From positions 1,120,001 to 1,184,000 of the forward strand of contig CBDATS010000004.1 in assembly GCA_965200245.1 (NCBI GenBank): a stretch of DNA of 64,000 nucleotides, in the 5' to 3' direction. The notes under the pieces were generated by a model. The model saw only the letters and a list, made by a program, of their open reading frames with translations. It was not told where the DNA came from and did no database searches. Shown piece by piece: positions 40,290 to 49,341 of this stretch. Every line of letters starts with the position of its first letter. The first letter of the stretch is position 1. Source of the stretch: a bacterium. Lineage in GTDB: Bacteria; UBA8248. Position numbers and translations under genes: made by a program.

Positions 40290-40384
40290 ACGGCCTTATC
40301 CATGAGGGCGTGCGCCCTTTTTCTTGAACGTGTCGGCGGAAGCTTTTCTCCGATAAACCAAATTTACGAGGGATTCAGGAAACC

Positions 40385-42346
40385 ATGAGCGAAACCACGG
40401 CAGACGCGCACGGCGCCCACGACCACCACGAAGGCGGGTTCTGGAGCACATACGTCTTCTCGCTGGACCACAAGATGATCGCCAGACAGTTCCTCTGGCT
40501 TGGCCTCATCATGATGGTCGTCGGCGGCATTCTCGCCCTGATGTTCCGCTGGCAGCTCGCCTGGCCGGAAACCTCCATCTGGGGCCTAGGCTGGATATCC
40601 GACGAGAGCGAAGGCCTGCCCGAGGGCTTCATGACCCCGAACTTCTACAACATGGCCGTCACCATGCACGCGACGATCATGGTGTTTCTCGTCGTGATGC
40701 CGATTCTGGTGGGTTGTTTCGGGAACTTCCTCATCCCGTTGATGATCGGGGCGCGCGACATGGCGTTCCCGGTGCTGAACATGCTCTCGTTCTGGGTCGC
40801 CGTTCTGGGCGCCGTCATCATGTGCGCGGGATTTCTCGTCGAGGGAGGGCACGCCGCTTCCGGCTGGACCGGCTATGCGCCGTTATCCACCGTGCCGGAA
40901 TATACAGGCGTTTTCATGGGACAGACTTTATGGGCATTGAGTCTGTTCGTGCTGAGTTTCTCTTCACTCATGGGTTCGATCAACTACATCACCACGCTCA
41001 TCAACATGCGTACCGAGGGTATGACCTGGTTCCGGGTGCCACTCGTCGTCTGGTCCCTGTTCATCACGGCCATCCTGGGTCTGCTGGCTCTCCCGATTCT
41101 GGGCTCAGCGGGCGCGATGATGATTTTCGACCGCGTGTTCGAAACGAATTTCTTCAACCCGCAGAAGGGGGGTGAACCCCTCCTGTGGCAGCACCTGTTC
41201 TGGTACTTCGGCCATCCGGAAGTCTACATTCTCATTCTTCCGGGCATGGGCATCGCTTCCGAGTTGCTGCCTGTGTACTGCAGAAAACCGATATTCGGCT
41301 ACCGGGCCATGGTGTACGCCATGCTCTCCATCGCCTTCCTGTCGTGGATCGTCTGGGGTCACCACATGTTCCAGTCCGGCATGAACCCGGCACTGGGCTC
41401 GGCTTTCATGATGACGACGCTTGTCATCGCGATACCTTCGGCGATCAAGACCTTCAACTGGCTGGGTACCCTGTGGGGAGGCTCAATCCGCTTCACCGTG
41501 CCGATGCTCCACGCCCTGGCTTTCGTCATCCTGTTCGTCATCGGCGGGTTGAGCGGTATCTTCATGGCATCGAACGTGGTGGATATCTACATCCACGACA
41601 CCTACTTTATCGTGGCGCACTTCCACTACGTCATCTTCGGTGGCAGCGTCTTCGCGCTGTTCGGCGGTATACAGCACTGGTTCCCGAAAATGTTCGGCAG
41701 GTCAATGGACGAAGCGTTGGGCAAGTTGCATTTCTGGCTCACGTTCATCTTCTTCAACCTCGTATTCTTCCCGATGCACATACTCGGCGTGGGCGGTCAC
41801 ATGCGACGCATCTACAACCCCATGCAATATGAGTTCCTGCAAGGAATGCAGCCGATCAACGTGATCATCACCCTCTCCGCGTTTGCGCTGGGGCTCTCGC
41901 AGATCCCCTTCGTGTTCAACTTCTTTGCCACCGTCTTTCGGTGGAATGCGAGATGGTTCCGCGTGCTCACCCAGGCGGTCTCTGCCCTCGCGGTCGGTTT
42001 CATTGGCTACAAGAGCGTGGCGGTGATGTTCGAGGGCATGATGGAACCCGAACCCTCAACGGGCGGACGCATCGTGGGCACCATAGTCGCCATCGCGCTT
42101 GCGGCATGGATTTACCGCTATCTGGAGAAGAACATGGCTCCATTGGGAGCCGATGCACCCCGGAATCCCTGGGACGCCAACACGCTCGAATGGGTAGCAC
42201 CCACGCCGACCCCGCACGGAAATTTCGGCCCCACGTTGCCGGTGGTCCGGCGCGGACCCTATGAATACAGCGTCCCCGGCGAGAGTGCGGACTGGGCACC
42301 GCAGACCGAAGCCATCGATCCGGCTCTCGCCGAAGCCGGACACTAG
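40385..42346 (+). CDS. coxA: Cytochrome c oxidase subunit I, A1 type
   Basis: DHKMI, TMHATIM, FGHPEVY, WGHHM, VAHFHY, MRRI. Confidence 0.96.
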   Translation: MSETTADAHGAHDHHEGGFWSTYVFSLDHKMIARQFLWLGLIMMVVGGILALMFRWQLAWPETSIWGLGWISDESEGLPEGFMTPNFYNMAVTMHATIMVFLVVMPILVGCFGNFLIPLMIGARDMAFPVLNMLSFWVAVLGAVIMCAGFLVEGGHAASGWTGYAPLSTVPEYTGVFMGQTLWALSLFVLSFSSLMGSINYITTLINMRTEGMTWFRVPLVVWSLFITAILGLLALPILGSAGAMMIFDRVFETNFFNPQKGGEPLLWQHLFWYFGHPEVYILILPGMGIASELLPVYCRKPIFGYRAMVYAMLSIAFLSWIVWGHHMFQSGMNPALGSAFMMTTLVIAIPSAIKTFNWLGTLWGGSIRFTVPMLHALAFVILFVIGGLSGIFMASNVVDIYIHDTYFIVAHFHYVIFGGSVFALFGGIQHWFPKMFGRSMDEALGKLHFWLTFIFFNLVFFPMHILGVGGHMRRIYNPMQYEFLQGMQPINVIITLSAFALGLSQIPFVFNFFATVFRWNARWFRVLTQAVSALAVGFIGYKSVAVMFEGMMEPEPSTGGRIVGTIVAIALAAWIYRYLEKNMAPLGADAPRNPWDANTLEWVAPTPTPHGNFGPTLPVVRRGPYEYSVPGESADWAPQTEAIDPALAEAGH

Positions 42347-42379
42347 CGCCGCCGCAAACCACCCCGGGAGAGAACGCGC

Positions 42380-43324
42380 ATGGCACCTGAAAGCCATGTC
42401 GGCCTTCCCGCCGCGAAAGGGGGAGGCTGGCCTTACCGTTTCGCCACCCTCACCTACGTCTTCACCGTCGTGCTTATCCTAGCCGGCGGCCTGGTGACGA
42501 GTACGGGTTCGGGCCTCGCGGTTCCCGACTGGCCCACCACTTTCGGCTACAACATGTTCCTCTTCCCGTGGTCGAAGATGGTGGGCGGCGTCTTCATCGA
42601 ACACTCTCACCGCCTGCTCGGATCGCTGGTGGGGTTCCTCACCATCCTGACGGCCCTCGCCGTCTGGCGAACGGACGAGCGCCGCTGGATGCGCCACCTA
42701 GGCCTGTTCGCGGTCGGTCTGGTGATTTTACAGGGTGTGCTCGGCGGCATGCGTGTCGTGCTCATCAAGCTCAACCTGGCCATCGTCCACGCCTGCATCG
42801 CGCAAGTCTTCTTCGGCCTGATGGTGAGCATGTCGCTGTTCACCTCACGCAGCTGGCGGGAGGAGACCGCACAGGCGAGCGACAGGGGACTGGCGAGGCT
42901 GGCCCTCATCACGGTGCTGCTACTCTACGTACAGATCATATTCGGCGCGGTACTGCGACACACAGGAAACAGGCTCGACGCTCACCTGCTCTTCGCCGCG
43001 CTGAGCAGCATCCACGTCATCCTTCTCGCTTGCAGGATTCTGAAACTTCCGAACCCGGGCGCGCTCTCGAGAGAGGCGAACTGTCTGTGGATTCTACTGA
43101 TCGTTCAACTGGTGCTCGGCGGGGCATCCTGGGTCGGAAAATACGCCGACATGGGCGAGGCCTTCACTCCCGGGCTCATCATCGCGACCACTTCCGCGCA
43201 CGTCGTGGTGGGGGCGATGCTCTTCGCAGCCTCGCTCGTCGTGGCCCTTCGCCTGAACAAGGGCACGCTGTCCACTCTCAAGACCCCCGAAGCGCCTGTC
43301 GCGGCGAGAGGTGTGCGTGCATGA
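42380..43324 (+). CDS. ctaA: Heme A synthase (COX15/CtaA family), lacking the N-terminal Cys pair
   Basis: GGLVT..GSGLAVPDWP, EHSHRL, QGVLGG, VHAC, GAVLRH, AHVVVG. Confidence 0.85.
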   Translation: MAPESHVGLPAAKGGGWPYRFATLTYVFTVVLILAGGLVTSTGSGLAVPDWPTTFGYNMFLFPWSKMVGGVFIEHSHRLLGSLVGFLTILTALAVWRTDERRWMRHLGLFAVGLVILQGVLGGMRVVLIKLNLAIVHACIAQVFFGLMVSMSLFTSRSWREETAQASDRGLARLALITVLLLYVQIIFGAVLRHTGNRLDAHLLFAALSSIHVILLACRILKLPNPGALSREANCLWILLIVQLVLGGASWVGKYADMGEAFTPGLIIATTSAHVVVGAMLFAASLVVALRLNKGTLSTLKTPEAPVAARGVRA

Positions 43325-44211
43325 CGAACTTTCGCACAGAAGCCGTGAATCTCGACGCCCCGAGGAGAAGGGCAGCGGATTATCTGGAACTCACCAAGCC
43401 ACGCATCCTGCCGATGGTTCTCGTCGTGACCGCAGCAGGTTACTACCTCGCCTCGAATACAGGTCTGGACGTCGTTCTGCTCATCCACACCCTCATCGGT
43501 TCGGCCCTGGCGACGGGCGGCGCACTCGCCCTGAACCAGGCCTCAGAAGAAGACCTGGACGCACGGATGTTCCGCACACAAAAGCGTCCGCTGCCCGACG
43601 GGCGCCTTCTGAAATTCGACGCGCTCCTTTTCGGCTCCGTCATCATGCTGTCGGGCGTGGCCTATCTGGCCATTTTCGTGAACCCCTTTACGGCACTCCT
43701 CATCACGGCCACCGGCGGGCTGTACCTGTTCATCTACACGCCGCTCAAGCGCACGACCTCGCTCAACAGCGTGGTGGGCGCGGTTCCGGGAGCCATGCCG
43801 CCGGTCATCGGCTGGACGGCGGCCACGGGCACGCTTTCGATAGAAACGTTCGTGGTGTTCTGCATCATGTTCCTGTGGCAGATTCCCCACGCGCTGGCGA
43901 TCGCCGTGATGTACCGCGAGGATTTCGCGCGAGCCGACATCAAGCTTTTGCCCATAGAGGACCCGGGAGGGGCCAGCACGGGCAGGCAGGTCGTTTCCTA
44001 CTGCATGGCGCTGATTCCCGCCGGCATGGCTCCGGCTCTGATAGGCATGGCGGGTCCCGTCTACTTCGCGGTCTCCACTGTCCTGGGTCTTGTCTATCTG
44101 GGTTACGGCATACACATGGCCAGAAAAAAGGGGCCCGCATCCGCGAGGCGTCTGTTCTACTTCTCCCTGATTTATCTGCCGGCACTTCTTCTGGCCATGA
44201 TCTTCGTATAA
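43321..44211 (+). CDS. ctaB: Protoheme IX farnesyltransferase (heme O synthase)
   Basis: ELTKPRI, D.RM.RT..RPLP.G, YTPLKR, GAMPPVIGW, WQIPH. Confidence 0.93.
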   Translation: MTNFRTEAVNLDAPRRRAADYLELTKPRILPMVLVVTAAGYYLASNTGLDVVLLIHTLIGSALATGGALALNQASEEDLDARMFRTQKRPLPDGRLLKFDALLFGSVIMLSGVAYLAIFVNPFTALLITATGGLYLFIYTPLKRTTSLNSVVGAVPGAMPPVIGWTAATGTLSIETFVVFCIMFLWQIPHALAIAVMYREDFARADIKLLPIEDPGGASTGRQVVSYCMALIPAGMAPALIGMAGPVYFAVSTVLGLVYLGYGIHMARKKGPASARRLFYFSLIYLPALLLAMIFV

Positions 44212-44219
44212 GGAAGCCA

Positions 44220-44330
44220 ATGGACAAGTCGCAGACAAAGAACAGGAACCGGCGCACCGGGGTGTTTCTGGTTCTGTTCATCGTCTGTCTGGCCGCGTTC
44301 GCGTGGACCGTGGCCATCCTCAAGAACTAG
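44220..44330 (+). CDS. 36-aa single-TM peptide in the cox operon
   Basis: AAGGAAG RBS; MDKSQTKNRNRRTGVFLVLFIVCLAAFAWTVAILKN fills the gap between ctaB and the first subunit III gene. Confidence 0.55.
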   Translation: MDKSQTKNRNRRTGVFLVLFIVCLAAFAWTVAILKN

Positions 44331-44337
44331 AGAGGAG

Positions 44338-45039
44338 GTGTTTTCGTTGAATCCGGTACTCGAAGCGCCTCCAAAAGAAAAACCCGACCGTTGGGAAGGT
44401 GCCCCTCCCCTGCCTCCGCCGGACGGCAACGGTGGAAACGGAGGCGGTGGAGGAGACGATTCCCGGGATTCCTCATCCTCCGGGAAACCCCTGCCCGGAA
44501 ACACCCAGATTGCCATGCTGGTGCTGATCGCGGCCGAAATCATGTTCTTCTCCGGCCTGATCGGGGCCTTTCTGGTCTTCCGCTTCAGTGGCAAGCCCTG
44601 GCCGCCGCCCTTTCAGCCGCGTCTGCCCGTGGAAGTCACCGCCGTCAACACGGCCTTTCTGTTACTGAGCAGTTATACGATGGTGCGCGCCCAACTCGCT
44701 CTCAAACGCAGCGACTTGAAGTCGCTGCCCCGGCTGCTCACCATCACGGGTGTTCTGGGGGTCGTTTTTCTCGCAATCCAGGGATATGAGTGGGTACGAC
44801 TGGTCAATTTCGGTCTCACCGCGTCGGCGAACGTCTACGGCTCGATCTTCTACAGCATCATCGGAACGCACGGGTTCCACGTATTGAGTGCGGTCGTCTG
44901 GCTCGTGGCGGTTCTGGTACGCGCGTATCTGGGGAAATACTCCGCCCGCAATCCCAACGGCGTCGTCGCTTGCGCGATGTACTGGCATCTGGTGGTGGGG
45001 CTCTGGCCGATTCTGTTCTACCTGGTCTACCTGCTCTAG
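44338..45039 (+). CDS. coxC: Cytochrome c oxidase subunit III family protein (copy A)
   Basis: AEIMFF, NT.FLLLSS, Q.YEW, GTHGFHV, YWHLV. Confidence 0.88.
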   Translation: MFSLNPVLEAPPKEKPDRWEGAPPLPPPDGNGGNGGGGGDDSRDSSSSGKPLPGNTQIAMLVLIAAEIMFFSGLIGAFLVFRFSGKPWPPPFQPRLPVEVTAVNTAFLLLSSYTMVRAQLALKRSDLKSLPRLLTITGVLGVVFLAIQGYEWVRLVNFGLTASANVYGSIFYSIIGTHGFHVLSAVVWLVAVLVRAYLGKYSARNPNGVVACAMYWHLVVGLWPILFYLVYLL

Positions 45040-45061
45040 TGACGCGGAAGCCGCCAAAACA

Positions 45062-45091
45062 TTGACACTTTCTCTGGGCAGGTGGCATACT
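45062..45091 (+). promoter_or_regulatory. Internal sigma70-like promoter in the cox operon
   Basis: TTGACA (45062-45067), 18-nt spacer, TG-G-CATACT. Confidence 0.45.
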
Positions 45092-45109
45092 CGCCTCAAG
45101 GAGATTCGA

Positions 45110-45346
45110 GTGAAACGATTCGCTGCCATGTTCATCGCCACAGTATCGGGCGTCGTCCTTTCAGGTCCGGACCATTCCTTCGCCTGTGCAGTGTGCGGAG
45201 TAGACCCAGAGCCGGGCTTTCTCTGGAGCATGGGTTTTCTGATCAGCATGCCGTTCGCAATCGCCACGGTAGCGGGCAGTTATTTCGTATACAACAACCG
45301 GCGCGCGAAGAGAGCGCCGGAGAACGAGGATATGTTTTCCGAATGA
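45110..45346 (+). CDS. Small exported/membrane protein with CxxC (CAVC)
   Basis: AAGGAG RBS and GTG start; signal-like segment, ACAVCG, then a TM helix. Confidence 0.65.
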   Translation: MKRFAAMFIATVSGVVLSGPDHSFACAVCGVDPEPGFLWSMGFLISMPFAIATVAGSYFVYNNRRAKRAPENEDMFSE

Positions 45347-45361
45347 GAAGGAGAAAGTGCT

Positions 45362-45985
45362 GTGAGTGAAGCCGCCGCCGTGGATCACGCCCACGGAGTG
45401 GAACCAGCGGAAACTCCCCTTACCCCCGAAAGCTGGGGCAAACTGGGGATGTGGGTATTTCTGGCGGGCGACGCCATGTCGTTCGGAACCTTGCTGGCGG
45501 GCTACGCAATCTTGCGGGGCAACAGCGCGAACTGGCCGGTGCCCACCGAGATTCTGGGAATCTCGCTGACGGCCTTCATGACGTTCCTGCTCATATGCAG
45601 CAGCGTGACGATGGTGAAGGGCCTGGACGCCATCAAACGAGGCGATCAGGCAGGGCTCGTGAAGTTCCTTTGGCTCACCGTAGGCGGCGGCATCATCTTC
45701 CTCGGCTTGCAGGCCTATGAGTGGACCCATCTGATACAAGTGGGGCTCGGCCTTGCAGACAACAAGTGGGGTGACAGCCTCTTCGGTACCACCTTCTACA
45801 TCATCACAGGTTTCCACGGCATGCACGTGACCGGCGGCGTCATCTATCTGGCCGTCATCGCAATGCGAGGCGCAAAAGGCGCTTATTCAGCGACGAACTG
45901 GAACGAGGTGGAAATCGCAGGCCTCTACTGGCACTTCGTGGACCTCGTCTGGATTCTCGTCTTCACGTTCATTTATCTGCTGTAA
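45362..45985 (+). CDS. coxC: Cytochrome c oxidase subunit III family protein (copy B)
   Basis: KLGMWVFL, TFLLICSSVTM, QAYEW, TGFHGMHV, GLYWHFVDLVWI. Confidence 0.92.
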   Translation: MSEAAAVDHAHGVEPAETPLTPESWGKLGMWVFLAGDAMSFGTLLAGYAILRGNSANWPVPTEILGISLTAFMTFLLICSSVTMVKGLDAIKRGDQAGLVKFLWLTVGGGIIFLGLQAYEWTHLIQVGLGLADNKWGDSLFGTTFYIITGFHGMHVTGGVIYLAVIAMRGAKGAYSATNWNEVEIAGLYWHFVDLVWILVFTFIYLL

Positions 45986-46040
45986 TCATCCGCAGCGCGC
46001 CCAGGGCGTGCCCGGTTCGTTGAGGGAGAGCAAATACATT

Positions 46041-46337
46041 ATGGCAAGTGGAAGTCACGCGAAGCACGACGATCATCATGTGAACTACATGGCCATCTTC
46101 TGGTGGCTCTTGGCACTCACGATACTGGAAGTCCTGGCAGGCATCCCTCATGCGAGCCCGGCCTATCCGCAACTCCTGAAGGGGGCGCTCCTGGTCATCA
46201 TGGCCGTCGCAAAGGCGGCACTCGTGGGACTTTACTTCATGCACTTGAAGTTCGAGAAGCTGGCACTGGGCTTCATCGCCATGATACCGCTCGTCCTGTG
46301 CGTGTTCGTGGTGTTGATGGTGCTGCCGGACTTCTAG
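46041..46337 (+). CDS. ctaF: Cytochrome c oxidase subunit IV family protein
   Basis: L..LT.LE, KAALVGLYFMHLKFE. Confidence 0.85.
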   Translation: MASGSHAKHDDHHVNYMAIFWWLLALTILEVLAGIPHASPAYPQLLKGALLVIMAVAKAALVGLYFMHLKFEKLALGFIAMIPLVLCVFVVLMVLPDF

Positions 46338-46384
46338 GCCGTTCCGACTACACGCTGCCAGAAGTTCCAGAAAACAGGAAATTC

Positions 46385-46810
46385 ATGTCGCTCCGGGATC
46401 TGCCCACCCTGAACGCCCTGTTGAACACGACGAGCGCTGTCCTCCTCATGATCGGGATAAGGCGCATCTACGCGAAAAATGTGGAAGCCCACAAGCGATG
46501 CATGGTAAGTGCGTTCCTTGTCTCCTCCCTGTTCCTCGTCTCCTATCTCATCTACCACTTCAACGTGGGTTCGGTGGGCTTCCGGGGCGAGGGCTGGATT
46601 CGCCCTGTCTATTTCATCATCCTCATCACGCACTCGGTTCTGGCCGTCTTCGTGCCGCCCATGGCGCTCATCACCCTTTACCGTGCCTGGAAGGGGGATT
46701 TTGAGCGGCACCGCCGTATCGCGCGCTGGACGTACCCCATCTGGCTCTACGTTTCCTGGACAGGCGTCGCGATCTATCTCTTCCTCTACGTCTTCAACCC
46801 CAGGGCATGA
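46385..46810 (+). CDS. DUF420 (YozB/CtaM-like) membrane protein
   Basis: LP.LNA.LN, HKRCM, FL.SYL.YH, H...ARWT.PIWLYVS.TG. Confidence 0.85.
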   Translation: MSLRDLPTLNALLNTTSAVLLMIGIRRIYAKNVEAHKRCMVSAFLVSSLFLVSYLIYHFNVGSVGFRGEGWIRPVYFIILITHSVLAVFVPPMALITLYRAWKGDFERHRRIARWTYPIWLYVSWTGVAIYLFLYVFNPRA

Positions 46811-47184
46811 GAGAACTCTTGCGCGCCCTGAGACGCGGGTGCGCCCTGATGTGCCCGAGATGCCCTGCACCCCTCTTCACGGGGCTTTTTCGCATGCACG
46901 AAAGATGCCCGGGTTGCGGCTACCTCATCGAGCGCGAGCAGGGCTATTTCGTCGGCGCCATCTACGTCAACTACACCATCACTGTCATCATTTGCCTGGG
47001 CGGCTATCTGCTCACCGAATTCTTCATCGCACCCGGACTCTCAACGCAGATCATTGTCTGGGGTGGGCTTTGCATCCTGATTCCGTTATTCTCGTTCCGC
47101 TACTCCCGTGCAATCTGGCTGAATGCAGACCATTATTTCAGCCGGAAACTCTCACCCGAAGACGATGGGGACCTACCGAAGTGA
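46807..47184 (+). CDS. DUF983-like Zn-ribbon membrane protein
   Basis: CPRC..CPGC, ERE.GYF.GA.Y, two TM segments. Confidence 0.75.
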   Translation: MRELLRALRRGCALMCPRCPAPLFTGLFRMHERCPGCGYLIEREQGYFVGAIYVNYTITVIICLGGYLLTEFFIAPGLSTQIIVWGGLCILIPLFSFRYSRAIWLNADHYFSRKLSPEDDGDLPK

Positions 47185-48146
47185 ACCCGAGCACAGGCCC
47201 CGCACTGAACGTACAGGGCGTCACCCACCGCTACGGCAGTCGCGTCGCGCTCAGGGACGTTTGCTTCGAGGTTTCAGAGGGTGAGATCTTCGCGCTCCTG
47301 GGTCCTAACGGCGGTGGCAAGACCACCCTGTTCCGCATCATCACCACCCTCATGCGTCCCACCGCAGGTGACGTGCAGGTTTTCGGTTACTCGGTTCGCG
47401 ATGACCCCCACGGGGTGAGAAAAAAAATCGGTGTCGTCTTCCAGCAGCCCGGTCTGGACCCCAAGCTCACCGTTCTCGAGAACATGACCCACCACGGCAG
47501 GCTCCACGGTATGCTCGGGAACACGCTGCGGGAAGCGACGGATGCGCTCCTGTCGCAATTCGGCCTGGGCGACAGGAAAAAAGATTACGTCGAGACACTC
47601 TCCGGCGGGCTTCAGCGCAGGGTGGAACTCGCCAAGGCGCTCCTGCCCCGGCCCGATATCCTGTTTCTCGATGAACCCAGCACCGGTCTCGATCCCGGAG
47701 CCAGAATCGATTTCAGGAACGAACTCCAACGACTGAGAAACGAGACGAACACCACGGTCGTGCTCACCACGCATTTCATCGAAGAGGCCGACCACGCGGA
47801 TCGCGTGGGCGTCATCCACGAGGGACACCTCGTCGCCATCGGTGCACCCGATGCGCTCAAAAAGGAAGTAGGCGGGGATGTACTGACCATCGAGGCACAG
47901 GAGCCGGACGCCATGCGCATGAAACTCAAGGAGATATTCCCTTGTGAGGTGAAGAGCGTGGACGGCTCCTTGCGCGTCGAGATGAGCGATGCCCACCTGG
48001 CCATCCCCAGGATTGCGAAGGCATTTTCCGGCGAGGTGCGATCCATTACGCTTGGCAAGCCCACGCTAGAGGACGTGTTCATCAACAAGGCGGGAAAACG
48101 CCTCATCGACGCGGACGAGAACGTATCCGAGGCGCGAAAGGGATGA
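47181..48146 (+). CDS. ABC-2 type exporter ATP-binding protein
   Basis: GPNGGGKTT, LSGGLQRR, LDEPSTGLD, PTLEDVF. Confidence 0.9.
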   Translation: MNPSTGPALNVQGVTHRYGSRVALRDVCFEVSEGEIFALLGPNGGGKTTLFRIITTLMRPTAGDVQVFGYSVRDDPHGVRKKIGVVFQQPGLDPKLTVLENMTHHGRLHGMLGNTLREATDALLSQFGLGDRKKDYVETLSGGLQRRVELAKALLPRPDILFLDEPSTGLDPGARIDFRNELQRLRNETNTTVVLTTHFIEEADHADRVGVIHEGHLVAIGAPDALKKEVGGDVLTIEAQEPDAMRMKLKEIFPCEVKSVDGSLRVEMSDAHLAIPRIAKAFSGEVRSITLGKPTLEDVFINKAGKRLIDADENVSEARKG

Positions 48147-48922
48147 CGCCATACCTTCTGTGCGCGGGAACGATATGGCAGCGCGAGATCGTGCGCTTCG
48201 TGCGCCAGCGAAGCCGCATCATCGGCGCGCTCGGCCAGCCTCTCCTCTTCTGGCTGCTGCTGGGCAGCGGCTTCGGACAAAACTTCCGCTATGCGGGCGG
48301 CGGAGGTGCAGGCTATCTGGAATATTTCTATCCGGGCATCATCGCGATGGTGGTGCTCTTCACGGCTATCTTCTCGACTTTCGCCATTGTGGACGACAGG
48401 AAGGCGCGCTTCCTGCAAGGCGTGCTCGCAGCGCCCGTCCCGCGTTCGGCCATCGTGCTGGGACAGGTAATGGGCGGGGCAACGCTCGCGCTTCTGCAGG
48501 GAATCCTTTTGCTCACCGCCACTCCCCTGGCGGGTGTTCCACTCGACCTGGAAGCCACCCTCGCCTCCATCCTGGTGATGGGCCTGCTCGGCTTCGCGCT
48601 GACCGCGCTCGGCCTTCTGCTCGCATGGCGGATCGAATCCACGCAAGGATTCCATTCCATCATGAACCTCATGCTGATCCCCCTGTGGCTGCTATCGGGC
48701 GCGGTGTTTCCCGTCGCGGGCGCGCACCCGCTCATCAGCGTCATCATGCAGGTTAACCCGCTCACCTACGGCGTGGCGGCTTTGCGGAGAACGCTCTACC
48801 TGAACGCGCCCGAGGCCGTGGCCTACCTGCCGGGACTCTGGCTGTCTGTTTTGATCATGACTGTCTTTGGCGGCATCTGCTTCGTCCTGGCGGTGAAGAT
48901 AGCCGAACGAAGCGAGGGGTGA
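48143..48922 (+). CDS. ABC-2 type exporter permease
   Basis: Y.EY..PGI, LSGAVFP, NPLTYGV. Confidence 0.9.
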   Translation: MTPYLLCAGTIWQREIVRFVRQRSRIIGALGQPLLFWLLLGSGFGQNFRYAGGGGAGYLEYFYPGIIAMVVLFTAIFSTFAIVDDRKARFLQGVLAAPVPRSAIVLGQVMGGATLALLQGILLLTATPLAGVPLDLEATLASILVMGLLGFALTALGLLLAWRIESTQGFHSIMNLMLIPLWLLSGAVFPVAGAHPLISVIMQVNPLTYGVAALRRTLYLNAPEAVAYLPGLWLSVLIMTVFGGICFVLAVKIAERSEG

Positions 48923-48996
48923 ATTCCGGCTGAATGGTGAGGGATGGGCAAGGCGCCGCATCAATTGGGGGCGCAGGGCCATGCCGGCCAGCAACC

Positions 48997-49320
48997 TCAG
49001 CGAAGACCGTTTACGTACTTCGCCAGGTTGTCGAGTGCTTCGCTCCGTATGTGGGGCAGGGCGGGCATCTTGTTCTTGCCCCTGCGCACGACCTCCTTGA
49101 TGTAGGAGAGAGGAAGCGCGCGGCCGCGCAGGGAATTTCCCAGCCCGCCTTTCCCCTCACCATGCGCGCCGTGACAGACAGCACAGGTCTGCGCGAAGAT
49201 CGTTGCGCCGTCGCCCGTGATCAAGGGCACTTCCTTTTGCTCGGGATCCTGGAAGAAGAGCAGGAAAACGACGAGCGCGCCACCCAGGACGACGAACGAG
49301 GCGACAACCAGCTTGCCCAA
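48997..49320 (-). CDS. Membrane-anchored monoheme cytochrome c
   Basis: TM segment, G.TIFAQTCAVCHG (CxxCH), axial MP; GGAGG before a TTG start. Confidence 0.85.
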   Translation of the reverse strand: MGKLVVASFVVLGGALVVFLLFFQDPEQKEVPLITGDGATIFAQTCAVCHGAHGEGKGGLGNSLRGRALPLSYIKEVVRRGKNKMPALPHIRSEALDNLAKYVNGLR

Positions 49321-49341
49321 GTTCGGATGGCCTCCGGCGAC

